64,000 nt of DNA, taken from an uncultured Prevotellaceae bacterium. Lineage in GTDB: Bacteria > Bacteroidota > Bacteroidia > Bacteroidales > Bacteroidaceae. The stretch covers positions 1,775 to 65,774 of the forward strand of contig ONSV01000020.1 in NCBI GenBank assembly GCA_900320585.1, given 5' to 3'. Made by a program: the position numbers and the translations under genes. This document shows positions 63,257 through 64,000 of the stretch, in pieces; within the stretch, counting starts at the first letter, position 1; each line of letters begins with the position of its first letter. Below the pieces are notes generated by a model. The model was not told where the DNA came from. It ran no database searches and saw only the letters and a list, made by a program, of their open reading frames with translations.

Positions 63257-64000
63257 TTGTTGTCATTGCCGACGATATCACAGGCGCCGCCGAGATGGCG
63301 GGCGTGGCCTTCGACTATGGGTTGAGGGTGCGGCTGGTGCTTGGCCACGACGAGGGGCTGCCTGTCGCTGATGTCGTCGTCGTGGCCACCGATACGCGGT
63401 CGATGTCGGCATCACTGGCGGTGGCAGTCACCAAAGAGATGATGGGGCGCCTACTCATGCATGCGAAGGAAAGGATGCCTTTCCCGGTCTTGTTCAAGAA
63501 AACCGACTCCGCACTCCGTGGTCATGTGATGGAGGAGTTGGAGGCCATCCTTGCAAGTGGTCCCTACAAGAAGGCGGTATTCCTTCCTGCCAATCCTTCA
63601 AGGGGAAGGGTCATCAGGGATGGGAAATACTATTGCGGCGATGTGCCCATCTCCAAAACCGATTTTGCCTTCGACCCGGAGTTTCCTGCCCTTACCGACA
63701 GCATGGAGGCGCGTTTTCCCGATGCCGCGAGACTGGGAATCTCGATGCCCGATGCCTCGTCGGTGGGCGAGATAGAGGCTGTGGTGGCCGGTATTCCCCA
63801 CGACACGCTCCTTGCCGGTGCTGCCGACCTCTTTGAGGCCTTGCTCGTTCATCGTGGTCATTCTCGGAAGGCAATGCATTCGCCAATGGCTCTTGATGCG
63901 GGCGATACGTTGGTGGTGGCAGGCAGCACCCAGAGCCAACCTTCCCAATTGGGCTTTCCCGTGGAGACGATGCCCCGTGATGTCTATGATGGCGGTGCTG
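63253..64000 (+). CDS. DUF1537 four-carbon acid-sugar kinase (DtnK/DenK-like); 3'-truncated by window edge and absent from the ORF track
   Basis: ATG overlaps the pdxA2 stop (ATGA). Hand translation gives MIVVIADDITGAAEMAG, ATDTRS, LFKKTDSALRGH, LPANPSRGRVI, AGAADL, VAGSTQS, with no stop seen before the window end. Confidence 0.9.
   Translation, partial: MIVVIADDITGAAEMAGVAFDYGLRVRLVLGHDEGLPVADVVVVATDTRSMSASLAVAVTKEMMGRLLMHAKERMPFPVLFKKTDSALRGHVMEELEAILASGPYKKAVFLPANPSRGRVIRDGKYYCGDVPISKTDFAFDPEFPALTDSMEARFPDAARLGISMPDASSVGEIEAVVAGIPHDTLLAGAADLFEALLVHRGHSRKAMHSPMALDAGDTLVVAGSTQSQPSQLGFPVETMPRDVYDGGA

Noticed and set aside
58549-64000. Apiose/apionate or Kdo as the main substrate of the operon
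   Set aside because: Known apionate routes need an apionate oxidoisomerase plus a transketolase, decarboxylase or RuBisCO-like protein, none seen here. Kdo cleavage gives D-arabinose, which would not need a tetronate kinase or PdxA2. Side activity of the aldolase on Kdo remains possible.

Overview
GC-rich Bacteroidota DNA, most likely Prevotellaceae (TAnnTTTG promoters, SusC/SusD pairs, Prevotella-style T9SS tails), almost all devoted to pectin use. In order: the 3' end of a FadL/OmpP1-like porin; a minus-strand SusC/SusD unit with two related beta-helix surface proteins; four more large secreted multidomain proteins (HExxH zincin-like, GH128-like, an unassigned clan GH-A-like enzyme, and a non-catalytic repeat protein); a fasciclin-SusC-SusD-fasciclin-fasciclin-SusC-SusD cassette; a six-gene rhamnogalacturonan-II (RG-II) enzyme operon (GH43_18-GH143-GH142 fusion, CE19, GH95, GH140, GH78-GH33, GH2); a YhhQ-like transporter; and a five-gene sugar-acid operon (DapA/NAL-like aldolase, Na+/solute symporter, Fe-ADH, PdxA2, DUF1537 kinase). 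The strongest candidate new system is this last operon. Its enzymes and the stereochemistry fit a catabolic route for the RG-II sugar Dha, which the neighbouring GH143 should release: Dha -> pyruvate + D-threuronate -> D-threonate -> D-threonate-4-P -> DHAP + CO2. The locus also carries four apparent lesions (a 20-bp duplication, two in-frame deletions, an internal TAG) and a stack of intergenic repeats at 13.77-14.32 kb. Family calls come from motifs and remembered similarity to B. thetaiotaomicron enzymes; no database search was run.
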